DNA from: an uncultured Eubacteriales bacterium
Lineage (GTDB): Bacteria > Bacillota > Clostridia > Oscillospirales > CAG-272
Direction of reading: 5' to 3'
Length of the DNA stretch: 64,000 nucleotides
Assembly: GCA_905210485.1 (NCBI GenBank)
Contig: CAJLXA010000004.1
Coordinates: 5,054 to 69,053, forward strand
The position numbers and the translations under genes are program-made. The notes under the pieces were generated by a model, which searched no databases, had not been told where the DNA came from, and worked only from the letters and a program-made list of their open reading frames with translations. How positions within the stretch are numbered: the first letter of the stretch is position 1; every line of letters starts with the position of its first letter. Below, piece by piece: positions 10,292-19,293 of the stretch.

Positions 10292-10460
10292 CTGTTTTTT
10301 CTATAGGATATTCGTTTTTTCCATAAGATATTATATTCAAAGAGGGAAACGGCGTTCCTCCGTCATGCGGGCGGCAAAATTTCCGGCCGCGGGCACCGAC
10401 CGTAAGATTCCGGTGAAAGTCCGGAAAAAAGCGACCGCACCCGTTGACGGCAATCGCGGA

Positions 10461-10572
10461 ACATGGCGTGCGTTGCGGGTGCGGCGTGCGTTGCGGGTGT
10501 GGCGTGCGTTGCGGGACATGGCGTGCGTTGCGGGACATGGCGTGCGTTGCGGGGCGCGGTGTGCGCTTTGCC
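10461..10572. repeat. tandem array: 5 perfect copies of GGCGTGCGTTGCGGG plus one degenerate copy
   Basis: Cores at 10465-79, 10483-97, 10501-15, 10520-34 and 10539-53. Spacers are TGC, TGT, ACAT, ACAT (period 18-19 nt). A degenerate copy GGTGTGCGCTTTGCC ends at 10572. Confidence 0.95.
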
Positions 10573-10585
10573 GAAAGAGCGTTTA

Positions 10586-10621
10586 TACAAAAGGCCCGCG
10601 GCGCCGGAAAAGCGCCGCGGG
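10586..10621 (-). terminator. terminator hairpin after pgsA
   Basis: CCCGCGGCGC (10595-10604) / GCGCCGCGGG (10612-10621). On the minus strand it is followed by CCTTTTGTAT, a weak U-tract. Confidence 0.6.
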
Positions 10622-10640
10622 ACAAAGACATATTTGGTTT

Positions 10641-11237
10641 TCAGTCGCTTTCGCGCACGACAGGGAAATAAGCGCGGAGATAATCGGCGCCCGACCAGAG
10701 GGTCGTCACAATCATGACGGCGGAGAAAATATAGGTCAGAAGATAAACGCCCTGCGAAACGAGGGAGGGAAGCAGAAGCGGCTCAAGAATCATGGCGAGA
10801 ATACCGAAAATCTGGCTCACCGTTTTCATCTTTCCGAGGAAACTGGCCGCGACCACAACGCCGCTCTGCCCCGATACGACGAGCCGGAGCGACGTAACGC
10901 CGAGTTCGCGGAAAACAATGATAACCGTTACCCACAAAAGAATCGGCGTGATGTCGGTGAGAACAACGCACATGGTGATGAGCGCCGAAAACACCATAAA
11001 CTTATCGGCAAGCGGATCAATGAATTTGCCGAAATTGGTAACAAGGCCGTATTTACGGGCGATTTTGCCGTCCAGCATATCGGTGAGAGAGGTGACCGCA
11101 AAAATGATCGCCGGAACAACGCGGCCGGCTATCGGCATCGCCTGCATATAGTACAGCGCGGCAACAAAGAACGGTACGAGAACGCACCTTAAAAGCGAGA
11201 GCGCGTTCGGCAGATTCATAATGCCTTTTTTATTCAT
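10641..11237 (-). CDS. pgsA: CDP-diacylglycerol--glycerol-3-phosphate 3-phosphatidyltransferase
   Basis: CDP-alcohol phosphatidyltransferase motif 'DMLDGKIARKYGLVTNFGKFIDPLADK'. ATGA overlap with the rimO stop. Confidence 0.9.
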   Translation of the reverse strand: MNKKGIMNLPNALSLLRCVLVPFFVAALYYMQAMPIAGRVVPAIIFAVTSLTDMLDGKIARKYGLVTNFGKFIDPLADKFMVFSALITMCVVLTDITPILLWVTVIIVFRELGVTSLRLVVSGQSGVVVAASFLGKMKTVSQIFGILAMILEPLLLPSLVSQGVYLLTYIFSAVMIVTTLWSGADYLRAYFPVVRESD

Positions 11238-12562
11238 GACTGCTCCTTTACGCCGACAAGATCGTAATCTTCGGCCTCGGTAATTTTCACGCGGACAAAC
11301 GTGCCGGGTTCAATCTTCTCTTTTGTGAGAAAATACACTTTACCGTCCACGTCGGGCGCGTCGGCCTCACTGCGGCCGTAGTAACATTCGGCGACGGGGT
11401 CGTATCCCTCCGTCAGGACGGTGACCGTCGTACCGATCTTCTTTTCCAGCAGGGAAAGGGAAATATCGGCCTGCGTTTCCATCAGAATATCGTAGCGATC
11501 CTGTTTTGTCTGTTCCGGAATCTGATCCGGCATCGTCGCCGCCGGCGTTCCCTCTTCGGGGGAATAGATAAACGCGCCGAAGCGGTCGAACTTTTCCTTT
11601 TTGATATACGCGCACAGTTCCGCAAAATCCTCCTCCGTTTCGCCGGGGAAGCCGACGATGGCGGTGGTGCGGAGCGTGATACCCGGCACGGATTCGCGCA
11701 GGCGGCGCACCGCGTCGCGGATCACGGCGCTGTTGCCGTGGCGGTTCATGGCGGTGAGAATACGGTCGGAATAATGCTGAATCGGAATATCCATATATTT
11801 CAGAAGCCGCGGGTTGTCGCGCAGTTCGTACACAAGCTCGTCCGTGATCTTGTCGGGATAGCAATAGAGAAGACGAATCCACGGAATGGAGGTCTCTTCG
11901 GTAATACGGCGTACAAGTTCCGCAAGGCTGTAGCGGCCGTAAAGATCAAGGCCGTAGCGCGACGTGTCCTGCGAGATCAGATTCAGTTCTTTCACGCCGA
12001 GCCGTTCGAGGTCGCGCGCCTCCGCGATGAGGTCTTCCATCGGGCGACTGCGGAAGCGGCCGCGGATAAGCGGAATGGCGCAATAAGTACAGCGGTTGTC
12101 GCACCCTTCGGCAATCTTCAGGTATGCCGTATATTCAGGCGTGGTCAGGACGCGGTCTCCGCCTAGGGGAGAGGTCTCCTTATCGTCAAAACTGCTGTAT
12201 TTTTCGCCCCTGTCCACCGCACGGATAGCCTCTACGATATGGGACAGACTGCCCACGCCGACAATGGCGTCCACTTCCGGCATTTCGCGGAACACTTCGT
12301 CCCGGTATCGTTCCACAAGGCAACCTGTGGCGATGATACCGCGGAGATGGCGCATGGTCTTCAGCGTTGCGACGTCAAGGATATTGTCGATCGACTCCTG
12401 TTTTGCGCTTTCAATGAAGCCGCAGGTATTGACGATCACAATATCGGCGTCTATATCTTCGGAAACGATCTCATAACCGGCGTCGGCGATTTTTTTCAGC
12501 ATCACTTCGGTATCCACCAGATTTTTTGCGCATCCGAGGGAGATAAAACCGATTTTTGTCAT
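11234..12562 (-). CDS. rimO: ribosomal protein S12 methylthiotransferase
   Basis: N-terminal 'IGFISLGCAKNLVDTE', radical-SAM 'CDNRCTYCAIP', and a C-terminal TRAM-like domain. Confidence 0.9.
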   Translation of the reverse strand: MTKIGFISLGCAKNLVDTEVMLKKIADAGYEIVSEDIDADIVIVNTCGFIESAKQESIDNILDVATLKTMRHLRGIIATGCLVERYRDEVFREMPEVDAIVGVGSLSHIVEAIRAVDRGEKYSSFDDKETSPLGGDRVLTTPEYTAYLKIAEGCDNRCTYCAIPLIRGRFRSRPMEDLIAEARDLERLGVKELNLISQDTSRYGLDLYGRYSLAELVRRITEETSIPWIRLLYCYPDKITDELVYELRDNPRLLKYMDIPIQHYSDRILTAMNRHGNSAVIRDAVRRLRESVPGITLRTTAIVGFPGETEEDFAELCAYIKKEKFDRFGAFIYSPEEGTPAATMPDQIPEQTKQDRYDILMETQADISLSLLEKKIGTTVTVLTEGYDPVAECYYGRSEADAPDVDGKVYFLTKEKIEPGTFVRVKITEAEDYDLVGVKEQS

Positions 12563-12568
12563 ATAACC

Positions 12569-13108
12569 TCATTTCAGCAACCGCTCGAAGCGCGGCCGCA
12601 ATTTGATAAAATAGAAGCGGACAAAACGGGTGAGCACAAGGTCGTAAAACACAAACGTGATATTGGCGACGAAAAACAGTATGATCTTAAGATACAGCGG
12701 CGTGCTCCCGGTATCCAGCATGAAAACATAACAATAGAGAAAATACGCGCCGACAAGGACGGCGTTGAAATACAGGGTCTTCAGCGCGCGTGCCGCCGCG
12801 CGGGGCAGTTTTTCCATACGGAATTTGAGATACGGATAGATGCCCGCGAACCCGACATAGAGGCAGGGAACGAACTTTGACGGCAAAAACAAAAACGAAA
12901 GGACGGACGTTCCCGCGTAGATCAGGAACGGATAGCCCTGCTCCAGTTCCATCATGCCGAAAAGGACAAAGAGAGAAGAGAGCGCGAGCATGCACAGATC
13001 CATAACGTCAAGGAGCGTTCCTATCATAAGAAGCACCGTCGACAGGGCGACGGCCGCGGCCGCCAACGTCAGTTTCTTTACCGACAGATTCCGTCTGCTT
13101 TTCCTCAT
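12569..13108 (-). CDS. polytopic membrane protein, unknown function
   Basis: 179 aa with about 5 hydrophobic segments. Tightly packed between the J-domain gene and rimO. Confidence 0.55.
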   Translation of the reverse strand: MRKSRRNLSVKKLTLAAAAVALSTVLLMIGTLLDVMDLCMLALSSLFVLFGMMELEQGYPFLIYAGTSVLSFLFLPSKFVPCLYVGFAGIYPYLKFRMEKLPRAAARALKTLYFNAVLVGAYFLYCYVFMLDTGSTPLYLKIILFFVANITFVFYDLVLTRFVRFYFIKLRPRFERLLK

Positions 13109-13112
13109 GGCG

Positions 13113-13739
13113 TCAGCAACGCGGCCCGCAGGAATTGCAAAGGCACTGCATGCACATCATAGAGGCGCAGAAATCGCAGGCGTCGCAGTCGGTACTGCGG
13201 CGGGGGTTTCCGTCCCCGTAATAGGTCTGGCCGAAAGCGTTCGATTTGTCGTTGAACATTTCTTTCGCTTTCTGATATTCCGCGTTACCGGGGTCCATAT
13301 CGCATGCAATCTCCAGTTCGCGCATGGCGTCTCCCGTCCAGCCGCGGCGCATCAGGACAACGGAGCGCAGGTAATGCCAGTCGGCCGTGCGGGCGCTTTC
13401 GGGAATGGTATTGAGAAGCCTTTCGGCCTCGCCGAAACGGCCGTTGTTGAGCAAAACGCGTGCCTGATAGTACGGCGAATTCGGGTCGCCGCCCGCCGTG
13501 TAATGCTGTTGACTGCCTCCGGCGGTTCCCGCGCCGCTTTTCTCGCGGGCGCGCGCCTTGCTGATCTCGTCGTACGCCTCGTTTATCTCTTTCATTTTTT
13601 CGTTGGCGAGATCGGCGAGAGGATTATCCGCGCTGTAGTTATCGGGGTGATACTTGCGCGCTAAAGCGCGATAAGCGTTTTTCACCTCTTCGTCGGTGGC
13701 GTTCGGGGATATGCCGAGTACCTTGTAGGGGTCGTTCAT
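13113..13739 (-). CDS. J-domain protein with TPR-like middle and Cys-rich tail
   Basis: J domain '[31 protein letters not shown]'. C-terminal tail '[24 protein letters not shown]'. Confidence 0.85.
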   Translation of the reverse strand: MNDPYKVLGISPNATDEEVKNAYRALARKYHPDNYSADNPLADLANEKMKEINEAYDEISKARAREKSGAGTAGGSQQHYTAGGDPNSPYYQARVLLNNGRFGEAERLLNTIPESARTADWHYLRSVVLMRRGWTGDAMRELEIACDMDPGNAEYQKAKEMFNDKSNAFGQTYYGDGNPRRSTDCDACDFCASMMCMQCLCNSCGPRC

Positions 13740-14578
13740 TATGCATTTCCTTTCCGGTCAAGACGAACGTCAAGACCGAGATACAGTATATTTTTTATCA
13801 GCGCCGTCAGTTCGGGATCGCCGTCCTGCGGCAAGCCGGACAACGCCTTTTCGAGATCGTAGAGATCAAGGCGGATGGCGTCGGCCGCGGCCTTGCGGTT
13901 TTCCGCCGTCATCGGACGGTCGCCGTAAAGCGCGCGATAGGGATTGTAGCGATCTTTTTTCACATCGTCGGCATAGTCGTCATAAGCGTCGATCTTGTAC
14001 ACGATCCGTCCGAGGTGAAAACCGATTTCGTAAAGCGGTGTATCGCACGGCATTCCCTCCGCGAAGCACAGCCCCAGAATCTTCCCGGACACTTCGGCCG
14101 GCGCGTCAACCGACGGAACGTTTTCCCTCTCGATAGCGGAAAGTTCCGTAAGCAGGCCGTCGATATTCTTTCTTAAAGACGTATGTCCCGCCTTTTTTTC
14201 CATATGCCGCATAAGGGGGGAGAGGAGCGCGGCGCGCAGTTTTTTCGCGCCGTGTTCATCGCCGTAATCATCGCGGTTCTTCGCCGCCGCGAGAATGGCG
14301 AAGATTGCCGCGCCCTCGCGGAGCGATTCCGTAACGGCCGCTTCCTTATGTTTTTTCCACGGGTGGGCGGCGCAACGGCGCGTCACCGTGGCGATATGCT
14401 TTTCCCGGTACAGACAGCGCGTCATCAAGAGAAAAACCGTGTCGTAATTCAGAAGAAACGAGGAGAAAAAGCCGGTCTCCTTTTTCATGGCGCGGCAAAG
14501 GCCGCAATAAAGCGCGCGGTAATACTCATATTCGCGGACGCGCAGTTCGGGCGTCCACGGCCGGACATAACCGAACAC
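13739..14578 (-). CDS. conserved hypothetical protein (DUF5685-like, recalled from memory)
   Basis: GTG start at 14578 behind GGAGGTGA. N-terminus '[33 protein letters not shown]'. Its TAA overlaps the ATG of the J-domain gene by 1 nt. Confidence 0.55.
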   Translation of the reverse strand: MFGYVRPWTPELRVREYEYYRALYCGLCRAMKKETGFFSSFLLNYDTVFLLMTRCLYREKHIATVTRRCAAHPWKKHKEAAVTESLREGAAIFAILAAAKNRDDYGDEHGAKKLRAALLSPLMRHMEKKAGHTSLRKNIDGLLTELSAIERENVPSVDAPAEVSGKILGLCFAEGMPCDTPLYEIGFHLGRIVYKIDAYDDYADDVKKDRYNPYRALYGDRPMTAENRKAAADAIRLDLYDLEKALSGLPQDGDPELTALIKNILYLGLDVRLDRKGNA

Positions 14579-14690
14579 GGCGTTTCACCTCCGCGGAAAA
14601 TCTTTACTTATATTGTAGTCCGTTCGCACGGAAAATCCGTCACGGAAACGTATACGGGTTGTAAATTCTTTTTAAAGAATCGGCTCTCCG

Positions 14691-17117
14691 TCAGTTTTTC
14701 GCTCTTTTGGCGGCATACCCGGAGACTGCGGCGGAAATCTTCTGCCACAGGAACTTCAGAAGTATGTGCAGGGGGATTGCGATCAGAACGATGACGCCGA
14801 GCGTCAGAAGCACTTCACGGGAAAGCACCGATACGCCGAAGTCGAAAAGATCGTGGTACAGAACAGAGAACACAAACGCGCAGAGACCGAGGCCGATGAA
14901 CGCGAAGGCCAGCGTTCCGATGCGGAAACGGTTCAGGGGAATACAGAGGAACACGAGGTTGACAAGACCCGCCATCGTGAACGCAAGCGTGAGAAGCGAC
15001 AGGTAGGCGGCGTTATCCGGGAACAGGCCGAATCCATTATGCATAATCATGACGGAGATCGTGGCGAAGAACATAAGCAGCGCGTCGGGAACGCATTTCT
15101 TCAGCACCTGCTTCAAGAAACTGCCCTCGATCAGGTTTTTGTTCGGTTCAAGCGCCAGAATGACGGACGGAATACCCGTAACGAACACTTCGAGCATGGT
15201 CAGCATATTGGTTTCAAACGGATACTTCTGTCCGAAGATCACGCAACCGACCGAAAGGAGAATCACGCAGAAGGTTTTCATAAGGAAAAGGGAAGACGCA
15301 CGCTGGACGTTATTCACGACCTGCCGCCCCTCGCATACCACGCTGGGGAGAGAAGCGAAATTATTGTTCATCAGAACAATGTTGCTGAGGCCGCGGGCGA
15401 CGTCGCTGCCGTCCGCCATGGCGATGGAGCAATCCGCTTCTTTCAGGGCAAGCGTATCGTTGACGCCGTCGCCGGTCATGGCCACGACGTATCCCTTTGC
15501 TTTCAGAGTTTTCACAAGCGTATGCTTCTGTTCGGGAGAAACGCGGCCGAAAACCGTATAGTCGTCGGCAATTCCGGCAACTTCCTCTTCGGTCATGCCC
15601 TCAAGCGATATGCAACGGTCGGCATTTTCCACGCCGACGCGGCGGGCGATACTGGCAACGGTTATCGGGTTGTCGCCGGAGATGATCTTGATATGTACGC
15701 GGTTTTCACGGAACCAGCGAATGGTGTCGTACGCTTCTTCGCGGATATGATCTTCCAGTACGATCAATGCGGCGGGCGTCATGGGAGGGAGCGCGTCCTC
15801 GGTCAGCGTCTCGTCGGATTTTGCAAGAAGAAGGACGCGTTTGCCGTCTTTCGCGTAAGCGTCGATTTCGGCAAGAATGTCGTCGGGAAGTTTTCCCACA
15901 TTCAGGAATTCGGGAGCGCCGATGGCATATGTGCCGAAGTTTTCAAGCGATGTGGCGGTGTATTTCCGTTTTGACGAAAAGGGAATGTTATACAGCGCCG
16001 CGGGAATATCTTCCGCCGTATAATGCCGGATCAGCGCCTGCGACGTAAAGTTCTGCGATGTCTGCGCCGCCATGATACCGGCGACCGCGCGGGCGATGTC
16101 CACGTCCTCCGTAAGTTTACGGTCGCAGGCCACGCGCATCGTACCGTCGGTGATGGTGCCCGTTTTGTCAAGGCACAGCATATTGGTGCGGGACAGCATT
16201 TCCACGCTGTAAATATCGCGTACAAGCGTTTGTTTATACTTCAGTTTGATAACGCCGATCGACAGGGCGACCGTGATAAGCAGGAACATGCCCGCAGGAA
16301 TCATGCCCTGTACCGATCCCGTCGTTGCCAGAAGCGCGCGGTACACGTCGCCGCCGGTCGTGCGGTAATTGTTGAAAAACATCAGCGCGGCAAACGGAAG
16401 AATACAGATGCCGATGACGCGGATAAAGCGGTTGATGTCGCGGAAAAGATCGGAATTCGGACTTTTGAAGGCTTTGGCGGCCTTGGCGATCTGCTGAATA
16501 TAACTGTCCGCGCCGACTTTATCAATGCGGGCGCGAAGTCCGCCGGCCGAAACAAAGCTCCCGGCATATACCGTGTCGCCGGCCTCTTTCTTGATACCGT
16601 CGGATTCGCCGGTCAGCAGGCTTTCGTTCATTTCGGCCTTACCGTCGACCACCACGGCGTCCGCCGGAATCTGCGAACCGGTTTCAAAGCAGACGATGTC
16701 ATCAATCACCAGTTCTTCCGGGGGCAGGAGCATATGCTCGCCGTCGCGTATCACGTCGATACGGGGCGCCACCACAAGCGCGAGCTGTTCCACCTGCCGT
16801 TTGGCGCGGATTTCCTGAATAATGGCAAGGGCGGTATTGGCAAGAATCACGACGATGAAAAACAGATGGCCGATACTCGTAACGTCGGGGCGCAAAATAA
16901 GGATCGCCAGATTGACGGCAAATATAATCAGCCAGATGAGGTTAAAGAATGTGCAGATATTGTCCGCAAAAATCTTTTTGTAAGTCTTGGCGCTGGGGTC
17001 GGGAATAATATTCTGGTACCCCTTTTTTTTGCGTTCTTCGGCTTCGGCGGCGGTAAGCCCCTTTTCGGGATCGGGACAAAGACGCGCAATCGGCGCTCTT
17101 TCAACGGTCTTTTTCAT
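14691..17117 (-). CDS. cation-translocating P-type ATPase
   Basis: 'LTGESD', phosphorylation site 'CLDKTGTITDG', hinge 'MTGDGVNDTLALKEAD', and about 10 TM segments. ATG 17117 behind GGAGA. Confidence 0.9.
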   Translation of the reverse strand: MKKTVERAPIARLCPDPEKGLTAAEAEERKKKGYQNIIPDPSAKTYKKIFADNICTFFNLIWLIIFAVNLAILILRPDVTSIGHLFFIVVILANTALAIIQEIRAKRQVEQLALVVAPRIDVIRDGEHMLLPPEELVIDDIVCFETGSQIPADAVVVDGKAEMNESLLTGESDGIKKEAGDTVYAGSFVSAGGLRARIDKVGADSYIQQIAKAAKAFKSPNSDLFRDINRFIRVIGICILPFAALMFFNNYRTTGGDVYRALLATTGSVQGMIPAGMFLLITVALSIGVIKLKYKQTLVRDIYSVEMLSRTNMLCLDKTGTITDGTMRVACDRKLTEDVDIARAVAGIMAAQTSQNFTSQALIRHYTAEDIPAALYNIPFSSKRKYTATSLENFGTYAIGAPEFLNVGKLPDDILAEIDAYAKDGKRVLLLAKSDETLTEDALPPMTPAALIVLEDHIREEAYDTIRWFRENRVHIKIISGDNPITVASIARRVGVENADRCISLEGMTEEEVAGIADDYTVFGRVSPEQKHTLVKTLKAKGYVVAMTGDGVNDTLALKEADCSIAMADGSDVARGLSNIVLMNNNFASLPSVVCEGRQVVNNVQRASSLFLMKTFCVILLSVGCVIFGQKYPFETNMLTMLEVFVTGIPSVILALEPNKNLIEGSFLKQVLKKCVPDALLMFFATISVMIMHNGFGLFPDNAAYLSLLTLAFTMAGLVNLVFLCIPLNRFRIGTLAFAFIGLGLCAFVFSVLYHDLFDFGVSVLSREVLLTLGVIVLIAIPLHILLKFLWQKISAAVSGYAAKRAKN

Positions 17118-17183
17118 AGTTTCTCCGTAGTCATGAATTTCCGCACGCTTCGCGCGCGAAGATAGAATATACATACGCTATTT

Positions 17184-17212
17184 ATTGTAACACACCCCAC
17201 GGAAATTGTCAA
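17184..17212 (-). promoter_or_regulatory. sigma-70-type promoter for the P-type ATPase gene
   Basis: Minus strand reads TTGACA (17207-17212) - 17 nt - TACAAT (17184-17189). Confidence 0.55.
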
Positions 17213-17335
17213 TGAATTCGCGGGAATGTCTTTTGTTTTCTTTCGTTTACAAAAGCAGGAGAAACGCCCGAATATGCTTTTCATCTATGTCCTCCCGCGC
17301 CGGCGCCCATGTTCTTTTATCCCGCCGCGGCGGGA

Positions 17336-17376
17336 AAAGAAAAAACGGCGGGACTGAGTTTCCGCTCAGTCCCGCC
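17336..17376 (-). terminator. rho-independent terminator after the ABC exporter pair
   Basis: GGCGGGACTGAG / CTCAGTCCCGCC 12-bp stem, followed on the minus strand by GTTTTTTCTTTT. Confidence 0.8.
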
Positions 17377-17382
17377 CCGGCG

Positions 17383-19293
17383 TTACTCCAGTTCAAACGC
17401 GCCGGTATACAATTGATAATACGTGCCTTTTTCGGCAATAAGCGCCTCATGATTGCCGCGTTCGATAATCCGGCCGTGGTCAAGAACCATGATGACGTCG
17501 GAATTTCTGACCGTGGACAAGCGGTGCGCGATCACAAAGACCGTGCGCCCCTCCATCAGTTTATCCATACCGCGCTGTACAATGGCTTCGGTACGCGTGT
17601 CAATGGAGGAGGTCGCCTCGTCCAGAATCATGACCGGCGGATCGGCCACCGCCGCGCGGGCGATCGCCAGAAGCTGCCGCTGTCCCTGCGAAAGGTTACT
17701 GCCGTTTGCGTGAAGAACCGTGTCGTAGCCGTTCGGCAGACGCGAAATGAAATCGTCCGCGCCCGCAAGACGTGCCGCGGCGCGGCAGGCTTCGTCATCG
17801 GCGTCGAGGCGGCCGTATCGGATATTCTCCATGACCGTACCGCTGAAAAGATTCGTGTCCTGCAATACGATGCCGAGGGAACGGCGCAGGTCGGCCTTTT
17901 TTATCTTGTTGATATTGATGCCGTCATAACGTATTTTACCGTCGGCAATATCATAAAAGCGGTTGATAAGATTGGTTATGGTCGTTTTGCCCGCGCCCGT
18001 CGCGCCGACAAAGGCCACTTTCTGACCCGGTTCGGCATAGACGGAAACGCCGTGCAGCACGGTTTTCCCCTCTTCGTAACCGAAATCCACGTCCGTGAGG
18101 CGCACGTCGCCGCGGAGAAGCGTATAGGTGACGCTTCCGTCGTCTTTATGCGGATGCTTCCATGCCCAAATACCGGTATGCTCCGGCGTTTCCGTCAGAT
18201 TGCCGTTTTCGTCGTATCTGGCATTGACAAGCGTGACGTAGCCGTTGTCTTCCTCCGGCTTTTCGTCCATCAGCGAAAACAGGCGTTCGCCGCCCGCCGC
18301 GCCCATAACGATGGCGTTGATCTGCTGGGAAAGCTGGTTGATATTGCCCGTAAACTGCTTTGTCATGTTGAGGAACGGCACAAGAACGGTAATATTGAAA
18401 GCGAGGCCGGAAACGCTGACATTCGGCAGATTCGTCACGAGGAAAATACCGCCGATCACCGCCACCAGCACATAAAGCACGTTGCCGATATTCATAATGA
18501 TCGGGCCGAGCGTATTGGCATACGCATGGGCGCGGTAACTGTCTTCGTACAGCGCGTTGTTGATTGCGTCAAAATCGCGTTTGGAGGCGGTTTCATGCGA
18601 GAAAACCTTGACGACCTTCTGGCCGTTCATCATTTCCTGCACATAGCCTTCGGTTCTCGCAACGGCCTCCTGTTGCCGCACGAAATACCGCGCGGAGCCG
18701 CCGCCGATCTTCTTGGAGACAAACAGCATGGCCACAACGCCGAGCAATACGACGAGCGTCATCCACAGGCTGTAATAGATCATGATGGCCAGCACGGCAA
18801 GAACGATAATGGCCGAATTGAGAAGCGCGGGCAATGCCTCGGAGATCAACTGCCGCACAGCGTCGATGTCGTTTGTGTAGAAACTCATGATGTCGCCGTG
18901 TTTATGCGTGTCAAAGTAGCGGATCGGCAGGTTCTGCATACCGTCGAACATCGTGCGGCGCAGTTTCGCGAGGAATCCCTGCGTGATATGCGCCATCAGT
19001 TGCGTATAAAGCGTAATCGCCGCAATGGAGATGAGGTAGAGGATTACAAGAAGCGCAAGAAGCGGTACGATCTCTGCGGAGGCGCCCGTCCAGTCGCGCG
19101 CCGTATAATGCGTTTCGATGACTTCAAGAACCTTCTGGATAAAAACGGCGGGAATAGCCGCGGTCACCGACGATATGACGATACAGACGGCCGTAACGGG
19201 GACGAGAACGGGATAATAGCGGCAGAGCAGACGGATAAGGCGCATAAGCGTGCCAGCGCTCTTTTTCCGATCACGGTTATCAATCATTTTCAT
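17383..19293 (-). CDS. ABC exporter, fused permease/ATPase (heterodimer partner B)
   Basis: 6-TM N-terminal domain, Walker A 'GATGAGKTT', signature 'LSQGQRQ', Walker B 'MILDEATS'. Start set at ATG 19293 behind GGAGGA. Confidence 0.9.
   Translation of the reverse strand: MKMIDNRDRKKSAGTLMRLIRLLCRYYPVLVPVTAVCIVISSVTAAIPAVFIQKVLEVIETHYTARDWTGASAEIVPLLALLVILYLISIAAITLYTQLMAHITQGFLAKLRRTMFDGMQNLPIRYFDTHKHGDIMSFYTNDIDAVRQLISEALPALLNSAIIVLAVLAIMIYYSLWMTLVVLLGVVAMLFVSKKIGGGSARYFVRQQEAVARTEGYVQEMMNGQKVVKVFSHETASKRDFDAINNALYEDSYRAHAYANTLGPIIMNIGNVLYVLVAVIGGIFLVTNLPNVSVSGLAFNITVLVPFLNMTKQFTGNINQLSQQINAIVMGAAGGERLFSLMDEKPEEDNGYVTLVNARYDENGNLTETPEHTGIWAWKHPHKDDGSVTYTLLRGDVRLTDVDFGYEEGKTVLHGVSVYAEPGQKVAFVGATGAGKTTITNLINRFYDIADGKIRYDGININKIKKADLRRSLGIVLQDTNLFSGTVMENIRYGRLDADDEACRAAARLAGADDFISRLPNGYDTVLHANGSNLSQGQRQLLAIARAAVADPPVMILDEATSSIDTRTEAIVQRGMDKLMEGRTVFVIAHRLSTVRNSDVIMVLDHGRIIERGNHEALIAEKGTYYQLYTGAFELE

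Noticed and set aside
10461-10572. Possible CRISPR array
   Set aside because: The repeats are 15 nt with 3-4-nt spacers. There are no unique spacers, no leader and no cas genes in the window.
10053-11192. ORFs 10053..10631 (-) and 10272..11192 (+) spanning the tandem repeat, with peptide repeats such as QRTPHPQRTPHP
   Set aside because: The peptide periodicity is just the 18-nt DNA repeat read in frame. The ORFs cross two terminators and run antisense to pgsA. Neither has an RBS.
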